DNA from: Eledone cirrhosa | Taxonomy: Eukaryota | DNA: 64,000 nt | Assembly: GCA_964016885.1 (NCBI GenBank) | Contig: OZ024766.1 | Span: 1,178,001 to 1,242,000, forward strand | Direction: 5' to 3' | Shown: positions 42,307 to 54,200 of the stretch, piece by piece | Position numbering within the stretch: the first letter of the stretch is position 1 | Layout: each line of letters starts with the position of its first letter | The notes under the pieces: generated by a model | Database searches by the model: none | What the model was told of the DNA's origin: nothing | What the model saw: the letters and a program-made list of their open reading frames with translations, nothing else | Program-made: the position numbers and the translations under genes

Positions 42307-42516
42307 CCCTTTAGCATTCAAACCAGCCAAAATGTCTCACCTCTTTCTGTTCAAATCAGCTGTAACTGGCCACTCATACTGATGTTAAGGTATTATTCTC
42401 AAGATAAATAACATCAAAATCTCATAGATTCGATATTATGTGAGATAATTACCTAAGATAAAGTGTTTACTACCAAAATACAATAGTATATATAGAGTAA
42501 TGTGAATGCTAAAGGG
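42307..42516 (-). mobile_element. piggyBac-type MITE, unexpanded 210-bp form, nested in the pogo-like MITE
   Basis: TTAA|CCCTTTAGCATTCA ... TGAATGCTAAAGGG|TTAA; homologous to 15589-16915. Confidence 0.9.
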
Positions 42517-43798
42517 TTAAATTGCTTTTAGAATGGTTGTATAAATGACATCATCGCATTTCATTTTGAATTGTTATAAAATGGTTATGTTACATTATAA
42601 GCCCAATTTACTTTACCCTATTCATTATACTTATTCCGACTAAATTATATAGAAAATATGTAAACGGGAATTGATTATGCTATACTCTTAAGTGGACTCG
42701 ACTGTATATATATATATAATAATAATAATAAATTTGAAGACTAAAATCCAAAGAGGGCTCGATAAGGATAAATATATATCAAATATATAAGAACCGTAGA
42801 GCAAATATTTATTAAATATATAAATATATATATATATATATCAAGATAAATTAACGGAGCCATAGGCTCTCGTTATTCCCTGTGAATTATGTGCTCAAAG
42901 AAAAAGGAATCCTGTGCTCTTTAAAATACAATATGTAGAAAAGGGTCATGTTGCCGATAAAAAGCCACGTACCTGTTAGTTTTCACTTTAATTTATTATA
43001 AATTTCCAGTTGCTTTGTTGGTTCAATAACCAGAACGTTGTTTATATTTTGTCAAACATTCTGTGATCTCCTCAGTGACTGTCTTTATTTTCTGTGACCC
43101 TCCTTTGTTCTGTCCTACATAATCTTGTTTTTGTGTCACAATAATTATAGCTGTGCTATTAACAGATACTCGAGTTTGGTTGGGTTCTGTTTGAATTGGC
43201 TGCTATTTCTAGCACATCAAGTAACAAGATAAGAGACAGCCTCGTTCATACATAATAGTTTGATTTACCGGGTGTTGTAAATTGATATAACTGAAGGTAT
43301 TAAATTATATCAGGGACTTTTAACGTACGACACCGGTGTCAAGGGGAGAGAAGTATTACCAACGATACCGAGTACCTGGCATGTTAATTATAACTTTAAT
43401 TAATCTAATTATATCTTGTGTTGTAATTATCTCATGTTAAGGTGAAATTTAATATTCTGTAGATAACATAGAGTGAGCTACATGTTCCAGGGTAGGTGTT
43501 CCATCTCCTACATGATTAAATATTTCATTTCATGAGAAACTACGCTACATCGTGAATTGGTTGTTCCACATTTTACAGGACAGTGAGAAATAGGTTTATA
43601 TCACCAACATCTGAACAATTAGCTTTCCTGGTCTTTCTTGATTTTACATTTGGACTTGAAATATAAAGTACGTATTATTTGTATTGTTAACACAGCAGAT
43701 ATTGTGTACTTCTTTACACTCCGTGGTGAACAATTATTAAGACTACACGCACGCAGTCATACAACTAATAATTTCTTGGACACCTGTGTATATATAAT

Positions 43799-45628
43799 AT
43801 GGAGTACATTAAACACATGGACATTTCTAACACATCTGTTTCTACCAATATAGATACAGTTACACAGACATACAATGATGAGAAACCTTTACCTAGTGAA
43901 ACATGTACTGAACAAGGATCTTTACACAGAAATATTCCTGAATATAGCTGTGAGATTTGTAGGAAAACTTTCTCTTCAGAAGATGGATTATCCACACACA
44001 AAGGCACACACACTAAAGAGAAACCCTTCCAATGTGAAATATGTGGGAAATCGTTCGCTAAAAAATCTCGACTTGTTTACCACATACGAAGTCACACGGG
44101 AGAGAAACCCTATCACTGTGAAGTATGTGGGAAGTCTTTTACTCAGAATACTTATCTTATTAGCCATATACGTATTCACACGGGAGAAAAACCTTATGAG
44201 TGCGGAACATGTGGAAAATGTTTTGTTACTAACACCAATTTAAATTTACACAAAAGAACACACACAGGAGAAAAACCTTTCCATTGTGAAGTATGTGGAA
44301 AGTCTTTTGGCAGAAATAATGACTTAAATAGTCACAAAAGAATCCACACCGGAGAGAAGCCATATCGTTGTGAAATATGCGGGACATCGTTCACTCATAA
44401 TTCTGGTCTATATATGCATATACGTACTCACACTGGAGAGAAACCTTTCCACTGTGAAATATGTGGGAAAACGTTTGGTAGAAGTAGCGATTTGACTTGT
44501 CACAAAAGACGACATACTGGAGAGAAACCCTTTTGCTGTGAAGTATGTGGTAAATCTTTTATCACAAGTTTTGATTTGACAAAACACAAGAGAACTCACA
44601 GTGGAGAGAAAACTTTCAGTTGTGAAACATGTGGAAAATATTTTGGATCTAAGGGAGATTTGTCCATACATAAAATAACACACACTAGAGAGAAACCTTT
44701 TCATTGTGAAACATGTGGGAAATATGTCACCTCTAAGAGAGATTTATCAATTCACAAAAGAACACACACAGGTGAAAAACCTTTTGTTTGTGGAATATGT
44801 GGGAAATCTTTTTGTGTTAATTCTTCATTGATAACTCACATACAGAGCCATACTGGAGAAAAAGATTTCTTCTGTGAAATATGTGGGAAATCCTTTGCTA
44901 TTAACACTCATTTAATATTACACAAAAAAACCCATGCAAGAGAAAAACCGTCTGATATTGAAATAAGTGAAGATTCGTTTGTCACTAGTGGTCGTTTAAC
45001 TGCACAAATAGAACAAAACTCAGACGAAAAGATTTTCCCTTGTGAAATTTGTGGGAAATCATTTGTCGAAATTTCTAAACTTAATAGACACATAAAAACA
45101 CACAGTGGAGAGAAACCCTTCCCTTGTGGAATATGTGGGAAATCTTTTACACAGAATTCTAATCTTATAAGGCATGTGCGTAGTCACACAGGAGAGAAAT
45201 CTTTCCACTGTGAAGTATGTGGAAAATCTTTCACTGAGAAATCTAATCTTGTTAGACATATACGTAGCCACACTGGTGAGAGACCTTTCCACTGTGAAAT
45301 ATGTGGGAAAACTTTCACGGAAACTACCGGCCTTTTAGTTCACAAGAGAACACACACAGGAGAAAGACCTTATTGCTGCGATATATGTGGCAAATCCTTT
45401 GTGAAAAGTAGTGATGTAATTGTCCACAAACGAACCCACACTGGAGAGAAACCCTACCACTGTGAGATATGTGGCAAATCATTCGTGAAAAATACTGATT
45501 TAACTGTCCACAAAAGAATACATACCGGAGAAAAACCTTTCCACTGCGAAATCTGTGGGAAATCTTTTATTATAGGCAATCTTTTAAATAGACACAAACA
45601 AACAACACATCTGAGGGAAACCTTTTAA
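43799..45628 (+). CDS. C2H2 zinc-finger protein ZF4, 19 intact fingers plus 1 degenerate, 609 aa
   Basis: Tandem C2H2 fingers with TGEKP linkers; unit 13 (SDIEISEDSFVTSGRLTAQIEQNS) has lost all four Zn ligands but keeps its spacing. Confidence 0.95.
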   Translation: MEYIKHMDISNTSVSTNIDTVTQTYNDEKPLPSETCTEQGSLHRNIPEYSCEICRKTFSSEDGLSTHKGTHTKEKPFQCEICGKSFAKKSRLVYHIRSHTGEKPYHCEVCGKSFTQNTYLISHIRIHTGEKPYECGTCGKCFVTNTNLNLHKRTHTGEKPFHCEVCGKSFGRNNDLNSHKRIHTGEKPYRCEICGTSFTHNSGLYMHIRTHTGEKPFHCEICGKTFGRSSDLTCHKRRHTGEKPFCCEVCGKSFITSFDLTKHKRTHSGEKTFSCETCGKYFGSKGDLSIHKITHTREKPFHCETCGKYVTSKRDLSIHKRTHTGEKPFVCGICGKSFCVNSSLITHIQSHTGEKDFFCEICGKSFAINTHLILHKKTHAREKPSDIEISEDSFVTSGRLTAQIEQNSDEKIFPCEICGKSFVEISKLNRHIKTHSGEKPFPCGICGKSFTQNSNLIRHVRSHTGEKSFHCEVCGKSFTEKSNLVRHIRSHTGERPFHCEICGKTFTETTGLLVHKRTHTGERPYCCDICGKSFVKSSDVIVHKRTHTGEKPYHCEICGKSFVKNTDLTVHKRIHTGEKPFHCEICGKSFIIGNLLNRHKQTTHLRETF

Positions 45629-46321
45629 CTTACAAATCTAAACATTTTATTTTATTCAGTTAACATTAAAATATGTTTTAAATATACTAGCAGAAAAACG
45701 ACCCATCGGGTGGGTTTTCTGCTAGCATCTGTAGTGTGTATATTGATATTATACACACATATATGCATGTAGATATGATACGTCAAATAAAATCGTAATT
45801 GACAATATACACAGAAATTGGAGAGAGACTGTGTTACCCTGTCTTCTGTAATCAGTAAAGTAATCCATGATACATTTAAAAAAGATGATATTATATATAA
45901 ACTGGATTACGGTGAAATGTTATGAAAACAAAAAAAGGAGAAAATTAGCGACAGAAATATCAACGTTATGATATAACAATGTAAATATATGGATGTTTAT
46001 ATAAGTGATATTATATAGTGTATGTTATATCTTAACTGGAAGTATTGACATTTAAACATTTTAAAGAAATGAATCTTAAAATAAGCAATCATTATATATA
46101 AGAATATTTATATTTAATCAACAGCTACAAAATTTAGTAGATAAATTATGTAATATTCATTTATTATTTATTCTAAGTAATCCAACTTATTTTACTAATG
46201 GGATAAAAAAATATAAAACGGACACAGTCCCACACTTCTCTCTTTATTATATTATGATACATAAATTTTAGGAAAATATATCTTCAAGATAGCTATAATA
46301 AAAATATAATAGTATATTGAA

Positions 46322-46762
46322 GGCACATGGCTTAGTGGTTAGAGCATTGGGCTTGCAATCGAAAGGTTGGGTGTTCAATTCTCAGACTGAGTGATGTGTT
46401 GTTTCCTTGAGCAAGACACTTTATTCCACATTGCTCCAGTTTACTCAGCTGTAGAAATGAGATGATAGGGACTGGGGTCCCTATCATTCCACTGCAAAGT
46501 GGTCGTGGAGGTGCCACAGCAAAGAAAGCACCCAGCCCACACTGTAAAGTGGACATGTTGGCTCCACGGAAGAAAAGCACCCAGCACTCACTGTAAATGA
46601 GGTTGGTGTTAGGAAGGGCATCCAGCTGTAGAAATCAAGCCAGAATCAGTTCCTGTATGAGCAAGACATGGTCACTTGACCGGACACTGCCCACAACAGG
46701 ACAACTTGTCTAATCCATGCTAGCGTGGAAGAACAGACGTAAAATGGTGATGATGATGATGA
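46322..46762 (+). mobile_element. tRNA-derived SINE with RTE-like tail
   Basis: Same family as 22953-23330. Confidence 0.8.
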
Positions 46763-48031
46763 AACGCCATAGAAAAGGGGACAACTCAGTTTCACATCAT
46801 ATCTTGAAAATATATTTTCTTAAAATTTATGTATATATTTAAAAGGAAGAGGTTATGTAGCTGGTCCTGGTAAAATAGATTCCCAGGCTATGTAGCCGGT
46901 CATGATAAAATAGACTCAAAGGCTACAGAGCTGGTAAGAGTGTCAGATGCCATGAGTTGCGGCCCTTTACGGTCTGAGTTGAGACAATTCGAAATCTTTT
47001 CCACCATAAATTGTTAAAAAACTAAAATCATTTAGTTATCCACTGGTAACGTATGTTAGACTTTAGTTACATACACACATCTACAGGTAAATATATAGAT
47101 ACAGACAACAGGTGTAAACCTACATATATATATACACCTACAGGTAAATATATAGACATATACAGACCACAGAGGTGTAAACCTACATATACATACACCT
47201 ACAGGTAAATATATAGACATATACAGACCACAGAGGTGTAAACCTACATATATATACACCTACAGGTAAATATATAGACATATACAGACAACAGAGGTGT
47301 AAACCTACATATATATACACCTACAGGTAAATATATAGACATATACAGACAACAGAGGTGTAAACCTACATATATATACACCTACAGGTAAATATATAGA
47401 CATATACAGACAACAGAGGTGTAAACCTACATATATATACACCTACAGGTAAATATATAGACATATACAGACAACAGAGGTGTAAACCTACATATATATA
47501 CACCTACAGGTAAATATATAGACATATACAGACCACAGAGGTGTAAACACATATATACATAAACACATATACTCATACATATCCATAGAAACATTGTACA
47601 AAATAATTATTACATACACACACATATATGCAATGAATGAGGAAGGAAGGGGCTGGTGAAACGCTATAGCGATACGTGTGTTGTCTTTCTTTAGGGTTTA
47701 CCGGCTACACAGCCTACTATTATTATTGTTAACTGAATAAGATAAGATTTTTAGATTAAAAAACAACTGAGAAATCTTTTTATCAACCAAGAACGAAAAT
47801 TTATCATTGACAGTCTATATACAATAAAAAACGAAACAGCTTTCACAATATATAAACAACCTTCTGGTTATTGAACCAACCAACAGGAAATTTATAATAA
47901 ATTGAATTGAAAACCAACAGGTGCGTGTGTTTTTATTGGCAGCATGACCCTCCCAAAGTATAACTGTGTGTATATATATATATATTAAAATACAAATATT
48001 AATAAAATAGATGTTCTTTTGATCTATTAAA

Positions 48032-48082
48032 TTTTATTATACATATTTCAGAGGTACAACAGTACGTCCTCATCAGACAAAA
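48032..48082 (-). ncRNA. Minimal type I hammerhead ribozyme (family C, left arm)
   Basis: Reverse complement reads UUUUGU CUGAUGA GGACGUAC UGUU GUACCUCU GAAA UAUGUA UA AUAAAA. Confidence 0.85.
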
Positions 48083-48179
48083 TATAATGATACATGACAT
48101 ACCCTGAGATGTTAAATGGAGACTACCTTGATTAAATCTTAACCATTTAACATCTCAGGGTATGTCATGTATCATTATA

Positions 48180-48230
48180 TTTTGTCTGACGAGGACGTAC
48201 TGTTGTACCTCTGAAATATGTATAATAAAA
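48180..48230 (+). ncRNA. Minimal type I hammerhead ribozyme (family C, right arm)
   Basis: UUUUGU CUGACGA GGACGUAC UGUU GUACCUCU GAAA UAUGUA UA AUAAAA; cleavage predicted after 48224; differs from the left arm only at the variable N7 position. Confidence 0.85.
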
Positions 48231-48874
48231 TTTAATTGATCAAAAGAACATCTATTTTTTTAATATTAATAACTCTAGAAAATTATTAACTGTAGAGTGC
48301 TTCCAATCTACTGTAAAACTCATTATTTGATGTACTCATTGAATCTTGTTTAACTCTTTAATATATATATATAGGAAAATGTTCAATACCCCGACGGCAG
48401 AACTCAAGCCGTTTCGACGGCTATTTCTGGACTTCGTAGTCCAGAAACAGACGTAGATACGGCTTAAGCTCTGCCGTCGGGGTCCTGAACCTTTTCCTAT
48501 TACCCACTCTACTACCCTAATTATTGAGTACTCTGGTGCGTTAAGGTCCCCCTGGTTCCTTACCACACTTCCTTCGTTATATATAATATATATATACACA
48601 AATTTGCGTATATATTTATATATATATACAAACGTGTATATATATATATATATATAAATACACAAACGTGCATATATATATATATATACACTTAAACGGG
48701 GTTATATATTTATTTATATACTAAAACGTATATATATGTATATATATACACACACACAAACGGGGTTATATATTTATTTATATACTACAACGTATATATA
48801 TGTGTATATATATACACACACACGAACGTGTGTTTGACTTAATGTTCACTTCTAGTAGTCCTTTGTGCAAAACC

Positions 48875-48996
48875 AATTTGTGACGCGCATGCGCGACCGG
48901 ATGCGTATTTCTCCCGCCAGAAAGTGACATCATCTCCCGGAAAATACTTAATATAGAATATATATATACACAGAGATATTGACGGTTTTAACTTAC

Positions 48997-49033
<37 letters not shown>

Positions 49034-49159
49034 CTATATCTATATATATACACATCTATATCTATATATATACACATCTATATCTATATATATACACATC
49101 TATATCTATATATATACACATCTATATCTATATATACACATCTATATCTATATATATAC

Positions 49160-49196
<37 letters not shown>

Positions 49197-49529
49197 TATA
49201 TATATATATACATCTATATATATATATATATACATCTATATATATATATACATACATCTATATATATATATACATCTATATATATATATATATACATCTA
49301 TATATATATATATATACATCTATATATATATATATATACATCTATATATATATATATACATCTATATATATATATATATACATCTATATATATATATATA
49401 CATCTATATATATATATAGAGAGAGAGAATATATATATAATATATATAGTGTATATAACTACATAGCAACGAATGTGATAGAAACGAGAAAATAATTGTT
49501 TTAGAAGCAGTTTTGCCGAATATGTAAGT
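48875..49529 (+). promoter_or_regulatory. Putative promoter and 5' exon of ZF5
   Basis: CpG-rich patch with GCGCATGCGC (NRF-1 consensus) and TTTCTCCCGCC (E2F-like); donor GTAAGT at 49524; acceptor tattatttcag ending 51341. Confidence 0.55.
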
Positions 49530-49789
49530 AAATGATGTTTACTTCTCCCTGTCTGTTAGTAACATATACACCTACAGGTAAATATATAGACAACAGAGGT
49601 GTATATATACACCTACAGGTAAATATATAGACAACAGAGGTGTATATATATATATATACACCTACAGGTAAATAGATAGGAGGGGGGGGGGGTATGTTTT
49701 TTTAACGTAATTGAGTATTGAGTAAGAAAGATATTAATATTCAATAAATAATATTGTTGTTTTGAATTATATTGATTCAGTAGTTTCAT

Positions 49790-50480
49790 TTTCATCATCA
49801 TTATCATATGTCCGCTTTTCCCTGCTTGCAAGGGTGGGATGTGTCTTATTCAGCACAGCATCTCTCCATTCGTCACGGTCCTTCATCATCTCCTCGGTGA
49901 GCTTCAGCAATTTGAGGTCTGCTTTCACCACCTCTGCCCGTGTTTTTCGTGGTCTTCCTCTACTGCGTCTTCCTAAATTCCTCACTATAGTCATTGATAT
50001 ACACTAACTTTGTCGACTGCTCCCTTATACATGGCTTGTACAGCCTTCACAAGCTATTCATCTACTCCTAGTATTCTAAGAGCCCACTAAATGATATCAT
50101 GGGGGACTCTGTTGAAAGCTTTTTCCAGATCGACAAATGCTAGGTAGACAAATGCTACTTTTAGCTAGGTACTTTACCTGTAACTACCTCACAAGGAAGA
50201 GGGCATCAGTGGTCCTTTTGCCTGGTACAAACCCAAACTGCATCTCATCTAGTTTCACCCGGTCCCTAATCAACTGTGCTATAACTCTTTCTGTTACTTT
50301 CATGACCTGGTCCATCAGCTTGATACCTCTATAGTTTCCTCTATCTAGTGCATCACCTTTACCTTTGTAGCAGTTGACAATGATGCTGCTGCACCAATCC
50401 TTAGGTATGACACCTTCTAGTATTACCTGGTTAATAATACGTGTGGTTATAGTGTGACCTACTGACCCAGATGCTTTCAG
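49790..50480 (-). mobile_element. Internally deleted RTE LINE (RT N-terminal part joined to the 3' end)
   Basis: KGKGDALDRGNYRGIKL..., AFVDLEKAF, and RGRPRKT...DRDEWR tail. Confidence 0.88.
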
Positions 50481-50608
50481 TGTTCGTATCCTTGATTGCC
50501 TTACTTACTACACTGCTGCTGACTTGTATTGCTGGCCACTCTATAGGGTCCACTTGGGGTAGGGTCTCTTTCTCCCATGCATTCTCCTCATTTAATAATC
50601 TTTTTTCT

Positions 50609-51108
50609 CAGCCTTTACTGTGAAAATACAATAGTATATATAGAGTAATGTAAATGTTATGTGAGATATTATGTGAGGTAAAACCTTTACTGTGAAAATA
50701 CAATAGTATATATAGAGTAATGTAAATGTTATGTGAGGTAAAGCCTTTACTGTGAAAATACAATAGTATATATAGAGTAATGTAAATGTTATGTGAGGTA
50801 AAGCCTTTACTGTGAAAATACAATAGTATATATAGAGTAATGTAAATGTTATGTGAGATATTATGTGAGGTAAAGCCTTTACTGTGAAAATACAATAGTA
50901 TATATAGAGTAATGTAAATGTTATGTGAGGTAAAGCCTTTACTGTGAAAATACAATAGTATATATAGAGTACTGTAAATGTTATGTGAGGTAAAACCTTT
51001 ACTGTGAAAATACAATAGTATATATAATGTAAATGTTATGTGAGATATTATGAGAAGTAAAGCCTTTACTGTGAAAATACAATAGTTTATATAGAGTAAT
51101 GTAAATGA
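50609..51108. repeat. Array (about 8 copies) of the 60-bp MITE-derived satellite, reverse orientation
   Basis: Same unit as 15601-16740; lies in the ZF5 intron at the position paralogous to 37481-37670. Confidence 0.92.
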
Positions 51109-51299
51109 TAAAGGGTTTCATGATTTCCAAATTGTCACACATTGACTTTTGAGATTCTGAACTACCCCTAAAAGCAGGAATTTCCACTTCGGGTCATTTT
51201 CAGGGATTGCAACTATAGTCTTACATCAGTTTAAATTAATTTAGGTCTATTTTTCTAGACTCACCTCCTGTGTAACTTGCATAATATGTATAGTTTCTT

Positions 51300-54200
51300 T
51301 ACAGTTTAAGTTTGTCTCATACAGTTTCTTTATTATTTCAGTGTATCTCATGACATTGGCGGAAGATGATAGGTTTCACTTGAAAGACATCAGTATTTAT
51401 CAACTTTTAAACTCTAAAGGAAGATACAAGGCAGATATAACCCTGGTTATATAAATCTATCGTAGGAATTACTGGGAAATATTTCATCTAAACTGAGATT
51501 GATACAGCAGTTTTTCTACTTCATTTAATGGAATGTCTACAAGATTGTTTGCTATGTTATTTAACTCTTAACTGGTGGACACAAACATCTAGAGTATCAT
51601 CTCAATGACTGGTTACACAACTCAAGAGAACTTCAGTAAAATAATTCTAGAAAGGCTCACTAGTTTATAATTTCTGGTATTAAATACTAGTAAATTGAGA
51701 TTTGTAGTGAGACAGAAATTGTGGAGGTATCAATCTTTTGTGATTGATTTGTACCTTGAGAAAGGAACACATAAGGAGAACCTGATCCAACTGTGATATC
51801 TGTGGTAAATCATTCTCTGAAAGTACTGGATTAACTATGCACAAACATAGTCATACACGAGAGAAACCATATCAATGTGATGTCTGTGATAAATCATTCT
51901 ATACAAAGAGTAACCTAAACAGTCACAAATTTCTTCATACAGGAGTGAAGCCATTCCATTGCGATATCTGTGGAAAATCATTCTCAAGAAAAGGAGCACT
52001 TCCTTGTCACAAACGTATTCACACAGGAGAGAAGCCATATCATTGTGATATCTGTGGTAAATTATTCTCTAGCAAGAGTGGCCTACCCGAACACAAAAGA
52101 CGTTTTCATACCGGCGAGAAGCTATTTCATTGTGATATCTGTGGTAAATCATTTTTTATAAATCCTGAATTAACTAGACACAGACGTATTCACACAGGAG
52201 AGAAGCCATATCGCTGTATTATCTGTGGTAAATCATTCGCTACAAATACTGGATTAACTTCACACAAAAGATTTCATACAGGAGGAGAGAAGCGATATCA
52301 CTGTGACATCTGTGGTAAATCTTTCTCTGGAAATAGTAACCTAACAGCTCACAAACGTACTCATACCGGGGAGAGGCCATATCAGTGTGACATCTGTGGT
52401 AAATCATTCCCTACAAATTCTGAATTAATTAGGCATAAACGTACTCATACCGGAGAGAAGCCGTACCACTGTGATATCTGTGGTAAGTCGTTCACTGCAG
52501 ATAACGGATTATCTTTGCACATGCGTATTCATACAGGCGAGAAGCCATATCATTGTGATATCTGTGGTAAATCATTCACTGTAGGTAGTGGATTAAGAAC
52601 ACACAAACGTACACACACAGGAGAAAAACCATATCACTGTGATATTTGTGGCAAGTCATTCTCTCAAAATGGTGTATTGAAAGTACACAAATGTATACAC
52701 AGAGGAGAGAAGCCATACAGCTGTGATATCTGTGGTAAGTTATTCGCATCAAGTACTGGATTAACTAGACATAAACATATCCACACAGGAGAGAAGCCAT
52801 ACCACTGTAATATTTGTGGTAAGTCATTCCGTAGAAATGATGGATTAATTACACACAAGCGGGCTCACACAGGAGAGAAGTCATGTCACTGTGATATCTG
52901 TGGTATGTCATTCTCCACGATTGCTTGCTTGACTAAACACAAACGTATTCATACAGGAGAGAGGCCATACCACTGTGCTATCTGTGGCAAATCATTCTCT
53001 CAAAATTGTGTGTTAATAACACACAAACGTATCCACACAGGAGAGAGGCCATATCACTGTGTTATCTGTGGTAAATCATTCTCTACACTTGGTGGTGTAA
53101 AGGAACACAGACAGATACATACAGGAGAAAAGCCATACCACTGTGATATTTGTGGTAAATCATTTCTTAGAAATAGAAGATTAACTGAACACAAACGTAT
53201 TCATACAGGAGAGAAGCCATATCACTGTGATATCTGTGGTAAATCATTCACACAAAATTCTGTGTTAACTGAACACAAGCGTACTCATACAGGAGAGAAG
53301 CCGTATCATTGTGATATCTGTGGTAAATCATTCATTAGAAGTAGTCGGGTAAAAGTTCACAAATTTATTCATACTGGAGAGAAGCCATACCCCTGTAATA
53401 TCTGTGGTAAATCATTCTCTACAAATGCTGCATTATCTCAACATAAACTTGTTCACTCAGGGTTAAAGCCATCCCGTTGTGACATCTGTGGTAAATCATT
53501 CAATTGTAGTGGTCAATTGACTACTCACACACGTGTTCATACAGGAGATAAGCCATATCGCTGTGAAACCTGTGGTAAATCATTCACTACAGTTGGTAAC
53601 CTAACATCTCACAAACGTATTCACACTGGAGAGAAGCCATACCACTGTGATATCTGTGGTAAATCATTCTCTGTAAATAGTAACTTCGCTGCTCATAAAC
53701 GCACTCATACAGGAGAGAAACCACATCACTGTGATATCTGTGGTAAATCCTTCTCTCAAAAAGAGCAGTTAAATAGACACAAACGTATTCACACAGGAGA
53801 GAAGCCACATCACTGTGATATCTGTGGTAAATCTTTCACTAGAACTACTGGATTGACTTTGCACAAACGTATTCATACAGGAGAGAAGCCATTTGACTGT
53901 GATGTCTGTGGTAAATCATTCTCTCAGTTGAGTAGCATGACAATTCACAAACGTGTTCACACTGGAAAGTAGCCATACCACTGACATCTGTGGTAAATCA
54001 TTCTCTCAGGTAACTTAACTGTACACAAACGTATTCACACCCGAGACAAGCCATATCACTGGAATAACTCCAGTGATTCTTTCCTAAAACATTCTAACCA
54101 CATGTCCATAGTATCGGAGCTGTGATCTCTCAATTCAGTGATTCTTTCCTGAGACATTCTAACCTAATGCCCATAGTACAGGGTTGCTATTTAAATTAAA

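Larger units (their letters stand above)
41657..42704. mobile_element. Tc1/mariner (pogo/Tigger-like) MITE
   Basis: TA|CAGTCGAGTCCGCTTAAGAGTATA ... TATACTCTTAAGTGGACTCGACTG|TA. Confidence 0.88.

Noticed and set aside
42745-42800. Possible decayed hammerheads here and on minus at 27958-28015
   Set aside because: Too many core changes to distinguish from chance in AT-rich DNA
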